This document shows, in pieces, positions 1 to 10,929 of a stretch of DNA of 64,000 nucleotides. This DNA comes from Chitinophagales bacterium (GTDB taxonomy: Bacteria > Bacteroidota > Bacteroidia > Chitinophagales > Chitinophagaceae), in contig JBBRQF010000004.1 of NCBI GenBank assembly GCA_038226715.1, positions 86,360-150,359 on the forward strand, read 5' to 3'. Under the pieces are notes generated by a model. That model was not told where the DNA came from, did not search any database, and worked only from the letters and a program-made list of their open reading frames with translations. Position numbers and translations under genes: made by a program. Positions within the stretch are counted from its first letter, which is position 1. The number at the start of each line of letters is the position of its first letter.

Positions 1-452
1 ATGGTTTGTGCAAAGGCAAAAAGTTGGTCGTAAAATCCCGCTGTGTTCAGTATAAATATTTTTTTATCATGAATACTCAACTGGTTCCAGGTTAGCATTT
101 CAAAAAACTCATCCATAGTACCGTAGCCGCCGGGCAGTATGATGGCGGCATCACATTTTTCGTACAATATTTTTTTACGGGTGTGCATATTATCAACAAC
201 GATCAATTCTGTTATACCCCGGTGGTGATGTTCCCTGTCTTTTAAAATTTCAGGGATGATACCGATCACTTTTCCATCTTTTTCCAGCACAGCATTGGAA
301 ACTGCACCCATGATGCCTTTATTACCGCCGCCGTAAATAAGCGTTATTTTTTTTGATGCCAGTAAGTGTCCCAATGCCTTTGCCTGCTCTTCAAACAAAG
401 GATTATTGCCACTTTTGGAACCGCAAAAAACCGCTAATGATGTTATTGCCAT
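1..452 (-). CDS. LOG family (TIGR00730-type) nucleotide phosphoribohydrolase, truncated by window edge
   Basis: Not in ORF track. Manual translation from ATG at 452: MAITSLAVFCGSKSG...LIYGGGNKGIMGAV...MHTRK...LPGGYGTMDEFFE; the PGGxGTxDE motif is diagnostic of the LOG family. Confidence 0.9.
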   Translation of the reverse strand, partial: MAITSLAVFCGSKSGNNPLFEEQAKALGHLLASKKITLIYGGGNKGIMGAVSNAVLEKDGKVIGIIPEILKDREHHHRGITELIVVDNMHTRKKILYEKCDAAIILPGGYGTMDEFFEMLTWNQLSIHDKKIFILNTAGFYDQLFAFAQT

Positions 453-520
453 AAATTAATTAACTTGAATTTTATTGCAAGCTAAATATTCAGGATTAAT
501 AAATCATTATAAATTATTTT

Positions 521-2044
521 ATGTCTCCAATTATTTTATTTTCATTTGTTATCGGGTATTTTGTGTTGCTGCTTACCGTGGCTTATTTCACTTCAAGGGG
601 TAGTAATAATGAATCTTTTTTTATTGGTAATCGCAACAGTAACTGGATGCTGGTGGCATTTGGTATGATTGGTACAAGCCTGAGTGGGGTTACGTTTGTA
701 AGTGTGCCGGGTGGAGTAGGCGGCGGTAATTTTTATTATTTCCAGGTGGTACTGGGGTATTTTATCGGCTACTTTGTAATTGCATTTGTGTTGATACCGC
801 TGTATTATAAAATGAACCTGACGTCCATTTATACTTACCTGGAAAAACGTTTTGGCATCAATGCTCATAAAGCAGGTGCATTCTTTTTTATATTATCAAG
901 GATAGTTGGAGCTACTGCAAGATTATACCTTGTCATTAGTATTTTGGATATATTTATTTTTAAACAATTACATATCCCATTTGTAGTTGCTACTTTTATC
1001 ATTTTACTCCTGATATTATTATACACTTTTGAAGGTGGCGTAAAAACAATTATTTATACAGATACCCTGCAAACAACGGGCATGCTGCTTGGGCTGGTAG
1101 TTTGTACCATTGTTATTGTAAAAGCAATGGGTACCGATTTCAGCGGTGCATTATCACTTATGAATGAAAAAGGATACACCAAAATATTTAACACAGATGT
1201 AAAAGCAAGTTCCTTCTTTTTAAAACATATTGTTGGCGGTATGTTCATTGCAATTGCTATGACCGGCCTTGACCAGGAAATGATGCAGAAGAATATCAGT
1301 GTAAAAAATATAAGGGATTCGCAAAAAAATATCATGACGTTTACTGTAGTGATCATGGTGGTGAATTTTTTATTCCTTTTCCTGGGCGGCATACTTTATT
1401 TATATGCCAGTACTAATAATATTGTAACTGCACCCGATGATCTCTTTCCAACCATTGCATTAAGCAATGCTTTCAGCGGTACCATCGGTATTCTTTTTAT
1501 CATCGCTTTAATATCTGCATTATTTCCCAGTGTTGACGGTGCCATTACTTCACTCACGTCCTGTTTTTGTATTGATATTTTAGGCATTCATAAAAAGGAA
1601 GGAACAGAAAAAGAAAAGAAAAGAACAAGGCTTAAAGTTCATTTTAGTTTTGCAGTTGTATTTTTTGTAATGACTCTTCTCTTTAAGGCAATTAACGACA
1701 AACTGATTATTGACTTTATTTTAAAATTTGCGGGTATTACCTATGGGCCATTGCTGGGTTTATTTTCCTTTGGTATTTTAACAAAACGGCATTTGAACGA
1801 TAAACTGATCTGGACAGTTTGCATCATTGCGCCATTAATGGCATTAGGATTGGACCTGTTCAGCAGCCCGGAGTGGTATGAAAAGAAATTGCATGTTTCA
1901 TTGGGTCTTCAATCAATTTCAGAAAATATTTTTCATGGCTATAAAATAGGAAACGAATTGATACTGATAAACGGGATATTCACCTTTTTAGGCTTATTGT
2001 TAATTTCCGGCAAGGGAGATGCAAAAGTAGAAATTTCCGTGTAA
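521..2044 (+). CDS. Sodium:solute symporter (SSS) family transporter
   Basis: 507 aa polytopic membrane protein; FFIGNR, SLSGVTFVSVPG, SIYTYLEKRFG, GLDQEMMQK motifs. Confidence 0.9.
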   Translation: MSPIILFSFVIGYFVLLLTVAYFTSRGSNNESFFIGNRNSNWMLVAFGMIGTSLSGVTFVSVPGGVGGGNFYYFQVVLGYFIGYFVIAFVLIPLYYKMNLTSIYTYLEKRFGINAHKAGAFFFILSRIVGATARLYLVISILDIFIFKQLHIPFVVATFIILLLILLYTFEGGVKTIIYTDTLQTTGMLLGLVVCTIVIVKAMGTDFSGALSLMNEKGYTKIFNTDVKASSFFLKHIVGGMFIAIAMTGLDQEMMQKNISVKNIRDSQKNIMTFTVVIMVVNFLFLFLGGILYLYASTNNIVTAPDDLFPTIALSNAFSGTIGILFIIALISALFPSVDGAITSLTSCFCIDILGIHKKEGTEKEKKRTRLKVHFSFAVVFFVMTLLFKAINDKLIIDFILKFAGITYGPLLGLFSFGILTKRHLNDKLIWTVCIIAPLMALGLDLFSSPEWYEKKLHVSLGLQSISENIFHGYKIGNELILINGIFTFLGLLLISGKGDAKVEISV

Positions 2045-2159
2045 CTTTACGAGCTTAGTAAGTGCCATTCTTCACGATAATACAAGTGCAGAATGGCATT
2101 GTATTATCAGAACTAACCGGTTTAAAGCATAATTTTAAAACAGATACTTCGTTATAATC

Positions 2160-2798
2160 ATGGAACTGATAAAACATAAAGCAGAATCATATGCAAAGCA
2201 ATACACATCTACCCTGGATGATATATTGAATGAAATTGAGGAGTATACTTTAGCCAATCATCCGCATGCACAAATGCTTAGCGGGCATTTGCAGGGTAAA
2301 GTGCTGGAAATGTTCAGCAGCATGATTCAGCCGAAACGTATTCTGGAAATAGGGACATTTACAGGATTCAGTGCTTTGTGTTTGGTAAAAGGGTTACAAC
2401 CGGGTGGAAAATTATATACACTTGAATTAAGAGAAGAAGATGCGGCTACAGCTAAAAATTATTTTTCAAAAGCAGCTATGGATACAAAGATCGAATTACA
2501 TGTGGGAGATGCGTTAGAGATCATACACACACTTAATGAAACCTGGGACCTGGTTTTTATTGATGCAGATAAAGTGAACTATATAAACTATTACGAATTA
2601 ACTTTGCCATCAGTAAAAAAAGGAGGCTGGTTACTGGCAGATAATGTGCTTTTTCATGGCGAGGTATTGGAAGAAAATATAAAGGGAAAAAATGCCAAAG
2701 CTATACACGCATTTAACGAACATGTAAAAAACGATGACCGGGTGCAACAGGCCATGTTAACTGTAAGAGACGGGCTCTTATTAATTCAAAAGAAATAG
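2160..2798 (+). CDS. SAM-dependent O-methyltransferase (caffeoyl-CoA OMT-like)
   Basis: ILEIGTFTGFSA, DLVFIDADK, DNVLFHG motifs. Confidence 0.9.
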   Translation: MELIKHKAESYAKQYTSTLDDILNEIEEYTLANHPHAQMLSGHLQGKVLEMFSSMIQPKRILEIGTFTGFSALCLVKGLQPGGKLYTLELREEDAATAKNYFSKAAMDTKIELHVGDALEIIHTLNETWDLVFIDADKVNYINYYELTLPSVKKGGWLLADNVLFHGEVLEENIKGKNAKAIHAFNEHVKNDDRVQQAMLTVRDGLLLIQKK

Positions 2799-2802
2799 CC
2801 GC

Positions 2803-3945
2803 ATGCAAAAAATTATTATAGCCATATTATTTTCAGCAGTTTGCCTGGGTGCCCATGCGCAAAGGATATCTGTTGAAGCGTATATAGCACAGTTTAAAGA
2901 TATTGCCATCAATGAAATGAAACGTGTTGGTGTTCCGGCATCCATTACACTGGCGCAGGGCATCCTGGAATCAGAAAATGGGAATGGGGAACTGGTAAAA
3001 AAATCCAACAACCATTTTGGTATTAAATGTAAAAGCAACTGGAGCGGCGAAAGTGTTACGCATGATGATGATGCAAATGGCGAATGTTTCAGGGCCTATA
3101 CCAGCGCAGATGAAAGCTACCGCGATCACAGCGATTTTCTAAAAGCTAATAAGCGATACGGGTCATTGTTCGAACTTGATCCTGAAGATTATGGAGGCTG
3201 GGCAAAGGGATTAAAGAAGGCAGGTTATGCAACAAATCCACGATACCCGGAATTGCTGATCAAATATATTGAACAATACAACCTGCAGCAATATACTTTA
3301 AGCGCTTTAAACAGGCTGCCCGACAGTAATATTGTAAAAAAAGATGACGGAAAAGATATTATCGTTTCTGGAAAAACAGATGAAAAAACTGGTTCGGTAA
3401 ATAATAATGCTGCTGTACTATCTGCCGATCCTGGAATAATTATCAGTATTAATAACAGCAAATGTGTGTATGCAAAGAAAGGCACTTCTTTATTGGCCAT
3501 TGCCGATAAAAATAATATCAGTTTAAGTAAGCTGATGGAGTTTAATGATATGGACGAAGAAGGGTTGCTGGGCAAAGACAGCTATATTTACTTGCAAAAA
3601 AAACAGAAGACCGGTGATATGGAATTTTATGTGTTACAACCTGGCGAAACGCTTTATGATGTTGCAGAAATTTCAGGCATCCAGTTAAAGTATCTTTTAG
3701 AATATAATAATTTAAATGCTGCAGTTAAGCTTGCAGCAAATACAAAATTATTTCTGCAACCCGTTTTAAAGGTTGCAGCAGATGATATAGGAGAAAAGAA
3801 AACCAAAGTGCATCTGGTAGCGCCAAAAGAAGGTTTGTATTCCATTGCCAAAACATATCATGTTACTGTTGAGCAATTGAAAGAATGGAATAAACTTGAA
3901 TCCAATAATTTAAAAATCGGGCAGGAAATAATTGTTTCAAAATAA
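2803..3945 (+). CDS. Peptidoglycan hydrolase: GH73 glucosaminidase plus LysM domains
   Basis: Signal peptide; SITLAQGILES, NNHFGIKC, GYATNPRY; C-terminal LysM-like repeats (GETLYDVA, EGLYSIAKTYHVTVEQLKEWN). Confidence 0.9.
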   Translation: MQKIIIAILFSAVCLGAHAQRISVEAYIAQFKDIAINEMKRVGVPASITLAQGILESENGNGELVKKSNNHFGIKCKSNWSGESVTHDDDANGECFRAYTSADESYRDHSDFLKANKRYGSLFELDPEDYGGWAKGLKKAGYATNPRYPELLIKYIEQYNLQQYTLSALNRLPDSNIVKKDDGKDIIVSGKTDEKTGSVNNNAAVLSADPGIIISINNSKCVYAKKGTSLLAIADKNNISLSKLMEFNDMDEEGLLGKDSYIYLQKKQKTGDMEFYVLQPGETLYDVAEISGIQLKYLLEYNNLNAAVKLAANTKLFLQPVLKVAADDIGEKKTKVHLVAPKEGLYSIAKTYHVTVEQLKEWNKLESNNLKIGQEIIVSK

Positions 3946-3948
3946 ATA

Positions 3949-4494
3949 ATGCAAAGCATGGTTATCCAGGTGTTAGATAAAAAATTTCGGCCTTATATCA
4001 AAGCTCAGAAAATTAATGAGCAGATAAATGAACTGGCAAAGCAGATCAACCACGATTATGCCGGTAAACGGCCTTTGTTTATTGCTATTTTAAATGGCTC
4101 ATTCATGTTTGCATCCGATCTTTTTAAAGAACTTACCATTGAGGCTGAAATATGTTTTATTAAACTGGCATCTTATAAAGGAACAAAATCAACCGGGAAT
4201 GTAATTACCTCCATAGGCCTGGATATGCCCTTAACAGGCAGGCATGTAATTATTGTGGAAGATATAGTTGATACGGGTAAAACCTTATTTGAATTTTTAC
4301 CACAATTGGCAAGTCAGCAACCAGCCAGCTTAAAGATAGCAGCACTTTTACATAAACCGGATGCATTAAAGCATCCGCTCACCATAGATTATCTTGGGTT
4401 TAATGTTCCAAATAAATTCCTGTTGGGGTACGGATTGGATTATGATGGATTGGGCAGAAATTTAAAGGAAATTTACCAGTTGGTAGAGGAGTGA
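3949..4494 (+). CDS. hpt: Hypoxanthine phosphoribosyltransferase
   Basis: ILNGSFMFASDL, VIIVEDIVDTGKT PRPP-binding loop, GYGLDY. Confidence 0.93.
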   Translation: MQSMVIQVLDKKFRPYIKAQKINEQINELAKQINHDYAGKRPLFIAILNGSFMFASDLFKELTIEAEICFIKLASYKGTKSTGNVITSIGLDMPLTGRHVIIVEDIVDTGKTLFEFLPQLASQQPASLKIAALLHKPDALKHPLTIDYLGFNVPNKFLLGYGLDYDGLGRNLKEIYQLVEE

Positions 4495-4560
4495 TCAGGC
4501 AACGTAAAGCAATAAAAGAATATCTTAGTTTCAGGTATTATATTTTTTGTTACAATTAAC

Positions 4561-6333
4561 GTGCTATTGAAAAAATATATTTTTCATATCCTATTGATAT
4601 TATTGGCATTTACCTCCAATGCCCAGTATTATTTACGTGGCGAGATCAAAGATGAGAAAAATCAAGCCTTGCAGAATGTAAAAATACTCCTCAATTCAAA
4701 CAGGCAATTTTATTTTTCGGGTTCTTCGGGTGATTTTGGAATTACCAGCAATTCCTTAAATGATTCCTTAACATTAAACCTGGATGGTTATGAACCTAAA
4801 TCTATAAAAGTAAACTGCGAGCAGTGGCAGTATATCGTTTTAAAGGTATTGCCTTCAAATGTAAACAATAACAGGCCTAAGCTTATTTCTGTTACAAAAA
4901 ATTTAGACCACACCAGTAAAGTACACTGGTATATAAATGATGAAACCTATTTTCAGCTGGTAGAAAATGAATATGTAAAGGCAGATAAATTTCCCAATAC
5001 CGGGTTTTCATTAAATATAAATAAGGCATCTTACAGCAATGTGCGTCGTTTTATCAACATGAAAAGTGCAGTGCCGCCCGATGCTGTTCGTACTGAGGAG
5101 ATGATCAATTACTTTAACCTGCATTACCGTGAACCAAAAGCCGGGGAAATTTTCCGTTTTGAATCACAGCTTACATCATGTCCCTGGGATCTGGAAAAGC
5201 AATTACTCTTATTAAATGTTAATGCAAAAAAGCTAAACTTAAACATGATACCGCCCGGTAATTTTGTGTTTCTGATAGATGTATCGGGCAGTATGGATAT
5301 GCCTAACCGCCTGCCCCTGCTGAAAGCTGCATTTCAAATGTTTGTAAAAAACCTGCGCACTGTTGATACGATCTCCATTGTAACTTATGGCGGCTCTGTT
5401 GGAATATGGCTGCAGCCTACCGGGGGCGACGAAAAAGAAAAAATAATTAAATCCATTGAAGAATTGAATGCCAGCGGCGATACGCCCGGTGAAGCAGCTA
5501 TTATGACCGCTTATGCTTTGGCCAGAAGTACTTTTAAGGAGGTTGGCAGCAACAGGGTTATACTTGCTACAGATGGCGATTTTAATGTGGGGCTTACTTC
5601 AGAAAAAGCAATGGAAGACCTGATAACCAAAGAAAGGCAGGGGGGCATTTATCTTACCTGCCTGGGTGTGGGTATGGGTAATTTTAAAGATTCAAAACTG
5701 GCAACCCTTGCAAAAAAGGGAAATGGCAACTATGCCTATCTTGATAATATTAATGAGGCGGAAAAAGTTTTGGTAAAGGAATTAACACAAACTTTTTATG
5801 CAGTGGCTGATGATGTGTTTATGAATTTAAAATTTAACCCCGGGCTGGTTAAGGAGTATCGCCTGATTGGTTTTGATAACAGGCGAGATGCGGTAGCCGA
5901 TAGCACCATTGACCTGGAAGGAGGAGAGATAGGAAGTGGCAATAGTGTATTGGCTATTTTTGAGATCATACCGGCTACTGATGAACGCTTAAAACTGCCA
6001 TCATCTTCAAAAGATATAATTGCAGATATTGAAATGCGTTACAGTCTTTGTGGTGATACCAGTATTTTACAAATGACAAGTTCCTGTACTTATAATTATA
6101 CAGATTTTAAAAGTATTGACAAAGAACTACAGTTTGCTACTGCGGTTGCTATGTTCGGACTTAAAATAAAACAATCGAAATATATTAAACAGGTTGAGTG
6201 GGCAGACATACTAAAGATTGCTACAGCATCGTATGATCCGGCAAGTTACCTGCAAACAGAGTTTTTACAACTGATAGATAAAGCAGAAGATATTTACGCC
6301 GGTAAAAAACGAAAAAAGAATAAGCAGGATTAG
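4561..6333 (+). CDS. YfbK-like von Willebrand factor A domain protein with N-terminal carboxypeptidase-regulatory-like domain
   Basis: GTG start, signal peptide; MIDAS motif [45 protein letters not shown]. Confidence 0.85.
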   Translation: MLLKKYIFHILLILLAFTSNAQYYLRGEIKDEKNQALQNVKILLNSNRQFYFSGSSGDFGITSNSLNDSLTLNLDGYEPKSIKVNCEQWQYIVLKVLPSNVNNNRPKLISVTKNLDHTSKVHWYINDETYFQLVENEYVKADKFPNTGFSLNINKASYSNVRRFINMKSAVPPDAVRTEEMINYFNLHYREPKAGEIFRFESQLTSCPWDLEKQLLLLNVNAKKLNLNMIPPGNFVFLIDVSGSMDMPNRLPLLKAAFQMFVKNLRTVDTISIVTYGGSVGIWLQPTGGDEKEKIIKSIEELNASGDTPGEAAIMTAYALARSTFKEVGSNRVILATDGDFNVGLTSEKAMEDLITKERQGGIYLTCLGVGMGNFKDSKLATLAKKGNGNYAYLDNINEAEKVLVKELTQTFYAVADDVFMNLKFNPGLVKEYRLIGFDNRRDAVADSTIDLEGGEIGSGNSVLAIFEIIPATDERLKLPSSSKDIIADIEMRYSLCGDTSILQMTSSCTYNYTDFKSIDKELQFATAVAMFGLKIKQSKYIKQVEWADILKIATASYDPASYLQTEFLQLIDKAEDIYAGKKRKKNKQD

Positions 6334-7499
6334 GAAAACATTTCCCTTACTTTATCAAAAAACGATTTGTCGTTTTTATCGGGCTTAGGTTTAAAATTTT
6401 CTGAATGCTGCAATTTTTCAAGCATTTCTTTTTCGGCTGATGATACGTGTTGCGGGGTCCATACATTTACCTGTATCAGTTGATCTCCTTTTTCATAACT
6501 ATTTACATTAGGAAACCCCTTGCCTTTTAAACGGAATATTTTTCCACTTTGGGTGCCAGGTGGTATTTTAATTTTTGCCCTGCCATCGATAGTAGGCACT
6601 TCTATCTGGGTTCCAAATACTGCATCCGGTATAGAGATATGCAGGTCAAACGCAACATTCAAACCATCGCGGTGTAATTGAGGATGCGATTCTTCTTCTA
6701 TCAAAACGATCAGGTCTCCCGCAGCACCGCCCCGTTCTCCTGCATTACCTTTTCCACTTAAGCTTAATTGCATGCCTTCCTGAACACCTGCGGGGATATC
6801 AATAGTTACTGTCTCTTCACCATACACCCTGCCATCGCCTTTGCAGGCGGTACATTTGTGTGTAACTGTACTGCCTTCGCCATTACAGGTTGGGCAGGTT
6901 GTTACGGTTTGCATCTGGCCTAAAAAAGTATTCTGTACTCTTCTTACCTGCCCGCTTCCGCCACAGGTGCCACAGGTTTGTACACTATTCTTATCTTTTG
7001 CGCCGCTGCCATTACAGGTAGTGCAAAGCACATATTTTTTTACTTTGATCGTCTTTTGTGCACCTTTGGCGATCTCTTCATAATTCAATTTTATTTTAAC
7101 ACGCAGGTTACTGCCACGTGTGCCGCGGCTTCTTCCACCACCCGAACTTCTTCTTCCACTGCCGCCAAAAAAACTTCCAAAGGGACTGTCATCGCCAAAA
7201 ATATCTCCAAACTGGCTGAAGATATCATCCATATTCATTCCGGCACCGCCACTATATCCGCCTCCCCTGCCCGGGCTTGATGCCTGGTGACCAAACCTGT
7301 CATACTGTGCACGTTTATCTGTATCGCTTAAAATTTCATAGGCTTCGGCTGCCTCTTTAAATTTTTCTTCGGCAGCTTTATCACCTGGGTTTCTATCCGG
7401 ATGAAATTGCATGGCAACCTTACGGTATGCTTTCTTTATTTCATCCTGGGAAGAAGATTTGCTGACGCTCAATATTTCGTAAAAATCTCTTTTGCTCAT
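6330..7499 (-). CDS. dnaJ: Chaperone DnaJ
   Basis: J-domain HPD motif, G/F-rich region, four CxxCxGxG zinc-finger repeats. Confidence 0.98.
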   Translation of the reverse strand: MSKRDFYEILSVSKSSSQDEIKKAYRKVAMQFHPDRNPGDKAAEEKFKEAAEAYEILSDTDKRAQYDRFGHQASSPGRGGGYSGGAGMNMDDIFSQFGDIFGDDSPFGSFFGGSGRRSSGGGRSRGTRGSNLRVKIKLNYEEIAKGAQKTIKVKKYVLCTTCNGSGAKDKNSVQTCGTCGGSGQVRRVQNTFLGQMQTVTTCPTCNGEGSTVTHKCTACKGDGRVYGEETVTIDIPAGVQEGMQLSLSGKGNAGERGGAAGDLIVLIEEESHPQLHRDGLNVAFDLHISIPDAVFGTQIEVPTIDGRAKIKIPPGTQSGKIFRLKGKGFPNVNSYEKGDQLIQVNVWTPQHVSSAEKEMLEKLQHSENFKPKPDKNDKSFFDKVREMFS

Positions 7500-7523
7500 A
7501 ATGTGATAATGTACTGCTGTTGT

Positions 7524-8072
7524 TTATTTTCCAACAACAACTTTTGCAAAACGTATTATTTTGTTATTCAGGTAATATCCTTTTTCAATTTCATCAACCA
7601 CTTTTCCTTTCATCGCTTCGGGTACCTCCACTTCTGTGATGGCCTCATGTTTTTCAACATCAAATTCGGTATTGATACTTTCCATAGCAGTAAGCCCTCT
7701 TGCCTGCAATTTGCTCCTCAGTTTATTAAACACTAACTGAACACCTTCTTTTTGTGCAGCGATGTCATTACTTTCAGTTAATTGTTTTTCGGCCCTGTCA
7801 CAATCATCCACAACTTCCAGCATAGCAATGATCACATCTTTGCCTGCCGTTTGTATCAGCTCATTTCTTTCTTTGGCACTACGTCGCTTAAAATTATCAA
7901 ACTCTGCAAAAAGACGCAGGTATTTGTCTTTTTGTTCTTCCACTTCTGCCTGTAATTTTTGCATAACATCCTCGCCTTCGGGGTTACTCAAATGTGTGTT
8001 TCCGGGTACATCTGCATCGGCATTTATATTCATGTCTTCGTTTTCGGGTGTAATAACTCCTTTATCTTTCAT
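7524..8072 (-). CDS. grpE: Nucleotide exchange factor GrpE
   Basis: YLRLFAEFDNFKRR, FDVEKHEAI, KGYYLNNKIIRFAKVVV; directly upstream of dnaJ. Confidence 0.96.
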   Translation of the reverse strand: MKDKGVITPENEDMNINADADVPGNTHLSNPEGEDVMQKLQAEVEEQKDKYLRLFAEFDNFKRRSAKERNELIQTAGKDVIIAMLEVVDDCDRAEKQLTESNDIAAQKEGVQLVFNKLRSKLQARGLTAMESINTEFDVEKHEAITEVEVPEAMKGKVVDEIEKGYYLNNKIIRFAKVVVGK

Positions 8073-8200
8073 ATCCTGATTTTAAAAATTGGTTGCGAAG
8101 GTACAACAGTCAAACATTTTGCCAAGTGGCAATTTGCGGTCAAATTGGCAATTATTTGCAAATAGGGCCAGCATTTAAGCACTATGTATGACACGGATGT

Positions 8201-8208
8201 TACCTTTG
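8201..8208 (+). promoter_or_regulatory. Bacteroidota housekeeping promoter -7 box (TACCTTTG) upstream of rRNA methyltransferase gene
   Basis: Exact match to TAnnTTTG in intergenic DNA. Confidence 0.55.
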
Positions 8209-8323
8209 CGCCTTGAAATCACCATTTGTGGCTAAATACCTATTCAATAATGAATAATTGCAGAAGTTGAGGTATAACAAATAGCGGTTTATTCCATGCG
8301 GCTAAAACCAATCATAAAAACAC

Positions 8324-9505
8324 ATGAAAAGCATTATTCTGAACAAAAAGATAAGCAGAAGGGTAGAAACCGGGCATCCCTGGATATTCGGCAATGAGGT
8401 AAATACCGGGAAAGCATTGGATGCTGCGGCAAAACCCGGTGAAATAGTAAATGTATTCACCCACGATAAAAAATTCATTGGAAGGGGTTATATCAACCCA
8501 CAATCGCAAATAATGGTTCGGTTGCTTACCCGTGATAAGGACGAGGTGATTGATGAACAGTTTTTTGTTAAGCGCATTCAGCAGGCCTGGGCATATCGCC
8601 AAAAATTAGGGTATACCGAAAACTGCAGACTCATTTTTGGAGAGGCAGATGATATGCCACAACTTATCATTGATAAATTCAACGATTATTTTGTAATACA
8701 AACTTTAGCACTGGGTATTGATGTTTGGAAACCAGCCATAGTGAAAGCCATAGAGCAGATATTTACACCCAAAGGTATTTATGAACGCAATGATGTGCCG
8801 GTAAGAGAACTGGAAGGTATGGAGCAGCACAAAGGTTTTTTATCTGCTGAATTTGATACCAATATCATCATCAACGAAAACGGCGTAAAATTTAATGTTG
8901 ATATCGCCAATGGGCAGAAGACCGGTTTCTTCCTGGATCAGCAGGATAACCGAAGAGCCATTCAGCATATTGTAAAAGATGCCAATGTGCTTGGTGCATT
9001 TTGTTATACCGGTTCTTTCGAGATCTGTGCAGCGCATTATGGGGCCAGGTCTGTGTTGGGACTGGATATTTCCCAGAGCGCTATTGATATGTGTAATAAA
9101 AATGCAACTTTAAATAAGCTTGATGGTATTTGTAAATTTGAATGTGTAAATGCTTTTGATGTATTAAAGGAATGGTCAAAGGAAGGAAAGCAATGGGATG
9201 TTGTAATGCTTGACCCGCCTTCATTTACCAAGAGCAGGGCCACCATTGATAAAGCTGTTGCAGGCTATAAAGAAATTAATTTACGGGGAATGAAACTGGT
9301 AAAACCCGGAGGCTTTTTGGTTACTTCAAGTTGTACCAACCTGGTGCAACCTGAATTATTTTTAGACATTATTCAAATGGCCGCAACAGATGCCAAAAGA
9401 AAAATAAGGCAGGTTGTTTTTAATTCGCAATCAGCAGATCATCCAATTATCAGGGGACAGGAGAATACACACTATCTGAAATTTTTGATAGTACAGGTGA
9501 TGTAA
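8324..9505 (+). CDS. RlmI/RlmK-like SAM-dependent rRNA methyltransferase with PUA domain
   Basis: GHPWIFGNE, LIIDKF, GQKTGFFLDQ, VVMLDPPSF motifs. Confidence 0.88.
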   Translation: MKSIILNKKISRRVETGHPWIFGNEVNTGKALDAAAKPGEIVNVFTHDKKFIGRGYINPQSQIMVRLLTRDKDEVIDEQFFVKRIQQAWAYRQKLGYTENCRLIFGEADDMPQLIIDKFNDYFVIQTLALGIDVWKPAIVKAIEQIFTPKGIYERNDVPVRELEGMEQHKGFLSAEFDTNIIINENGVKFNVDIANGQKTGFFLDQQDNRRAIQHIVKDANVLGAFCYTGSFEICAAHYGARSVLGLDISQSAIDMCNKNATLNKLDGICKFECVNAFDVLKEWSKEGKQWDVVMLDPPSFTKSRATIDKAVAGYKEINLRGMKLVKPGGFLVTSSCTNLVQPELFLDIIQMAATDAKRKIRQVVFNSQSADHPIIRGQENTHYLKFLIVQVM

Positions 9506-9518
9506 TAAAAGTGCTGGA

Positions 9519-9860
9519 TTATTTTACGACCTGGAACTTACCGGATTCGATGATCTTGCCTTCCTTATCTCGGAGCTGGTAAACATAAATGCCACGGTAA
9601 AAATCTTCGAGAGACATATTTGTTCGGGGTAGGAGTTTGGTAAGTTCGGATACTTTCTTACCCATAAAATTATAAATCTCGAGAGAAAAGGATTTATCAT
9701 ACCCGTACAGAAAATCAAAATTGATTGCCGCAGTAGCAGGAATTGGATAAGGCTTTATAAGTTTTGCTATAGGGTCACCCAGGGCAGGGTTTTTATTTTG
9801 AGCAAAAGATGTAAAAGTTATTCCAATAAATAAAATTAGTATGTAAAAGACTTTCTTCAA
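9519..9860 (-). CDS. Small secreted protein consisting essentially of a T9SS type A C-terminal sorting domain
   Basis: TTG start; signal peptide then PYPIPA...LEIYNFMGKKV...GIYVYQL...KFQVVK, matching the YPNP/IYNxxG/GxY/KxxxK CTD pattern. Confidence 0.75.
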   Translation of the reverse strand: MKKVFYILILFIGITFTSFAQNKNPALGDPIAKLIKPYPIPATAAINFDFLYGYDKSFSLEIYNFMGKKVSELTKLLPRTNMSLEDFYRGIYVYQLRDKEGKIIESGKFQVVK

Positions 9861-9989
9861 CTAAGTAAAAATATGTAAAATGTTTTAAATAAACAACATT
9901 TTGATGTTAGCTATTTTACAATAAATATATATTGTAAATCCGCAACAAACAAGCTTTTTTTATGAACGGTTATACCTTAAAATGGCAAA

Positions 9990-10463
9990 TTACCCGTTTA
10001 AACTGTCTAATTTCTGGTTTATAGCTTCAAAATCCGGCATATCTCCGGCACTTTCCAAAACCTCGGCATAAGCTACTTTACCTTCCCTGTCAATAATAAA
10101 TGCCGATCTTTTGCTAACACCTTTCATATCCAGGATCCATTCGGTATACAAAGAACCATAAGCTGCTGAAACCTCCTTATTAAAGTCGCTCAGCAGTGGA
10201 AAATTGAATTGCTGCTCTTCTTTATATTTCTTTAAAGTAAAAACAGAATCCACAGATATGCCAATTATCTGGGCGTTTACATTACTGTAACGGCTTATGT
10301 CATCCCGTACAGCACACAGTTCTTTAGTGCAAACGCCAGTAAAGGCCTGCGGAAAAAATAACAATAAAACGTTCTTTCCGGTAAAATCTGTAAGGCTCAC
10401 TTTGTTTTTATCAGTATCATGCAAGGTGAATCCGGGAGCGGTTTGGCCAATTTCGATAGTCAT
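9990..10463 (-). CDS. Peroxiredoxin (AhpC/TSA family)
   Basis: PQAFTGVC = PxxxTxxC peroxidatic motif; GISVD, LLSDF, RSAFIID. Confidence 0.9.
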   Translation of the reverse strand: MTIEIGQTAPGFTLHDTDKNKVSLTDFTGKNVLLLFFPQAFTGVCTKELCAVRDDISRYSNVNAQIIGISVDSVFTLKKYKEEQQFNFPLLSDFNKEVSAAYGSLYTEWILDMKGVSKRSAFIIDREGKVAYAEVLESAGDMPDFEAINQKLDSLNG

Positions 10464-10479
10464 AAATAATTTATTTAAG

Positions 10480-10487
10480 CAAATATA
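10480..10487 (-). promoter_or_regulatory. -7 promoter box (TATATTTG) for peroxiredoxin gene
   Basis: TAnnTTTG match 16 nt upstream of ATG. Confidence 0.6.
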
Positions 10488-10538
10488 AATCTTGCTTAGT
10501 TTAAATAAACAGATTTTTTTGGTATTTCATTTACATCA

Positions 10539-10565
10539 AAAACCCCTCTAGAAAGAGGGGTCTTA
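10539..10565 (-). terminator. Intrinsic terminator-like hairpin
   Basis: ACCCCTCT-AGAA-AGAGGGGT stem; U-tract follows on minus strand. Confidence 0.55.
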
Positions 10566-10929
10566 TTGTTATCCAAACAATCCATAAAAACAAAAATCTT
10601 TAAGTTGTTAGCACACGATTTTTGAGACAATAATGGACATTCAGATAAATGAGTATGATAAAACAAGTTTAGGGCTGTTTTACAATCAATTATTTGTTTT
10701 AGGAAAGCGTAGGTAGGTTTTTGTGCAGGTTTTGTATTTATGTAGGATTTACCTGGTAAAAACACGATAAAGAACAGTGATATACAGTGGGTGAGTAAAT
10801 ACCTTTCAACATGGGTTAAGTTTTAGTTTTCTATAGTTTCGATACAGCTACTGGTATAAACGGAGTTATTGTAGTTTTATTATTTGAATTTATAAAAGAA
10901 ATTGCTTTACTTATTAACATTGCCTGGTT

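Noticed and set aside
10496-10765. 89-aa minus-strand ORF in the long spacer
   Set aside because: Reads through a terminator hairpin and has no protein-like features
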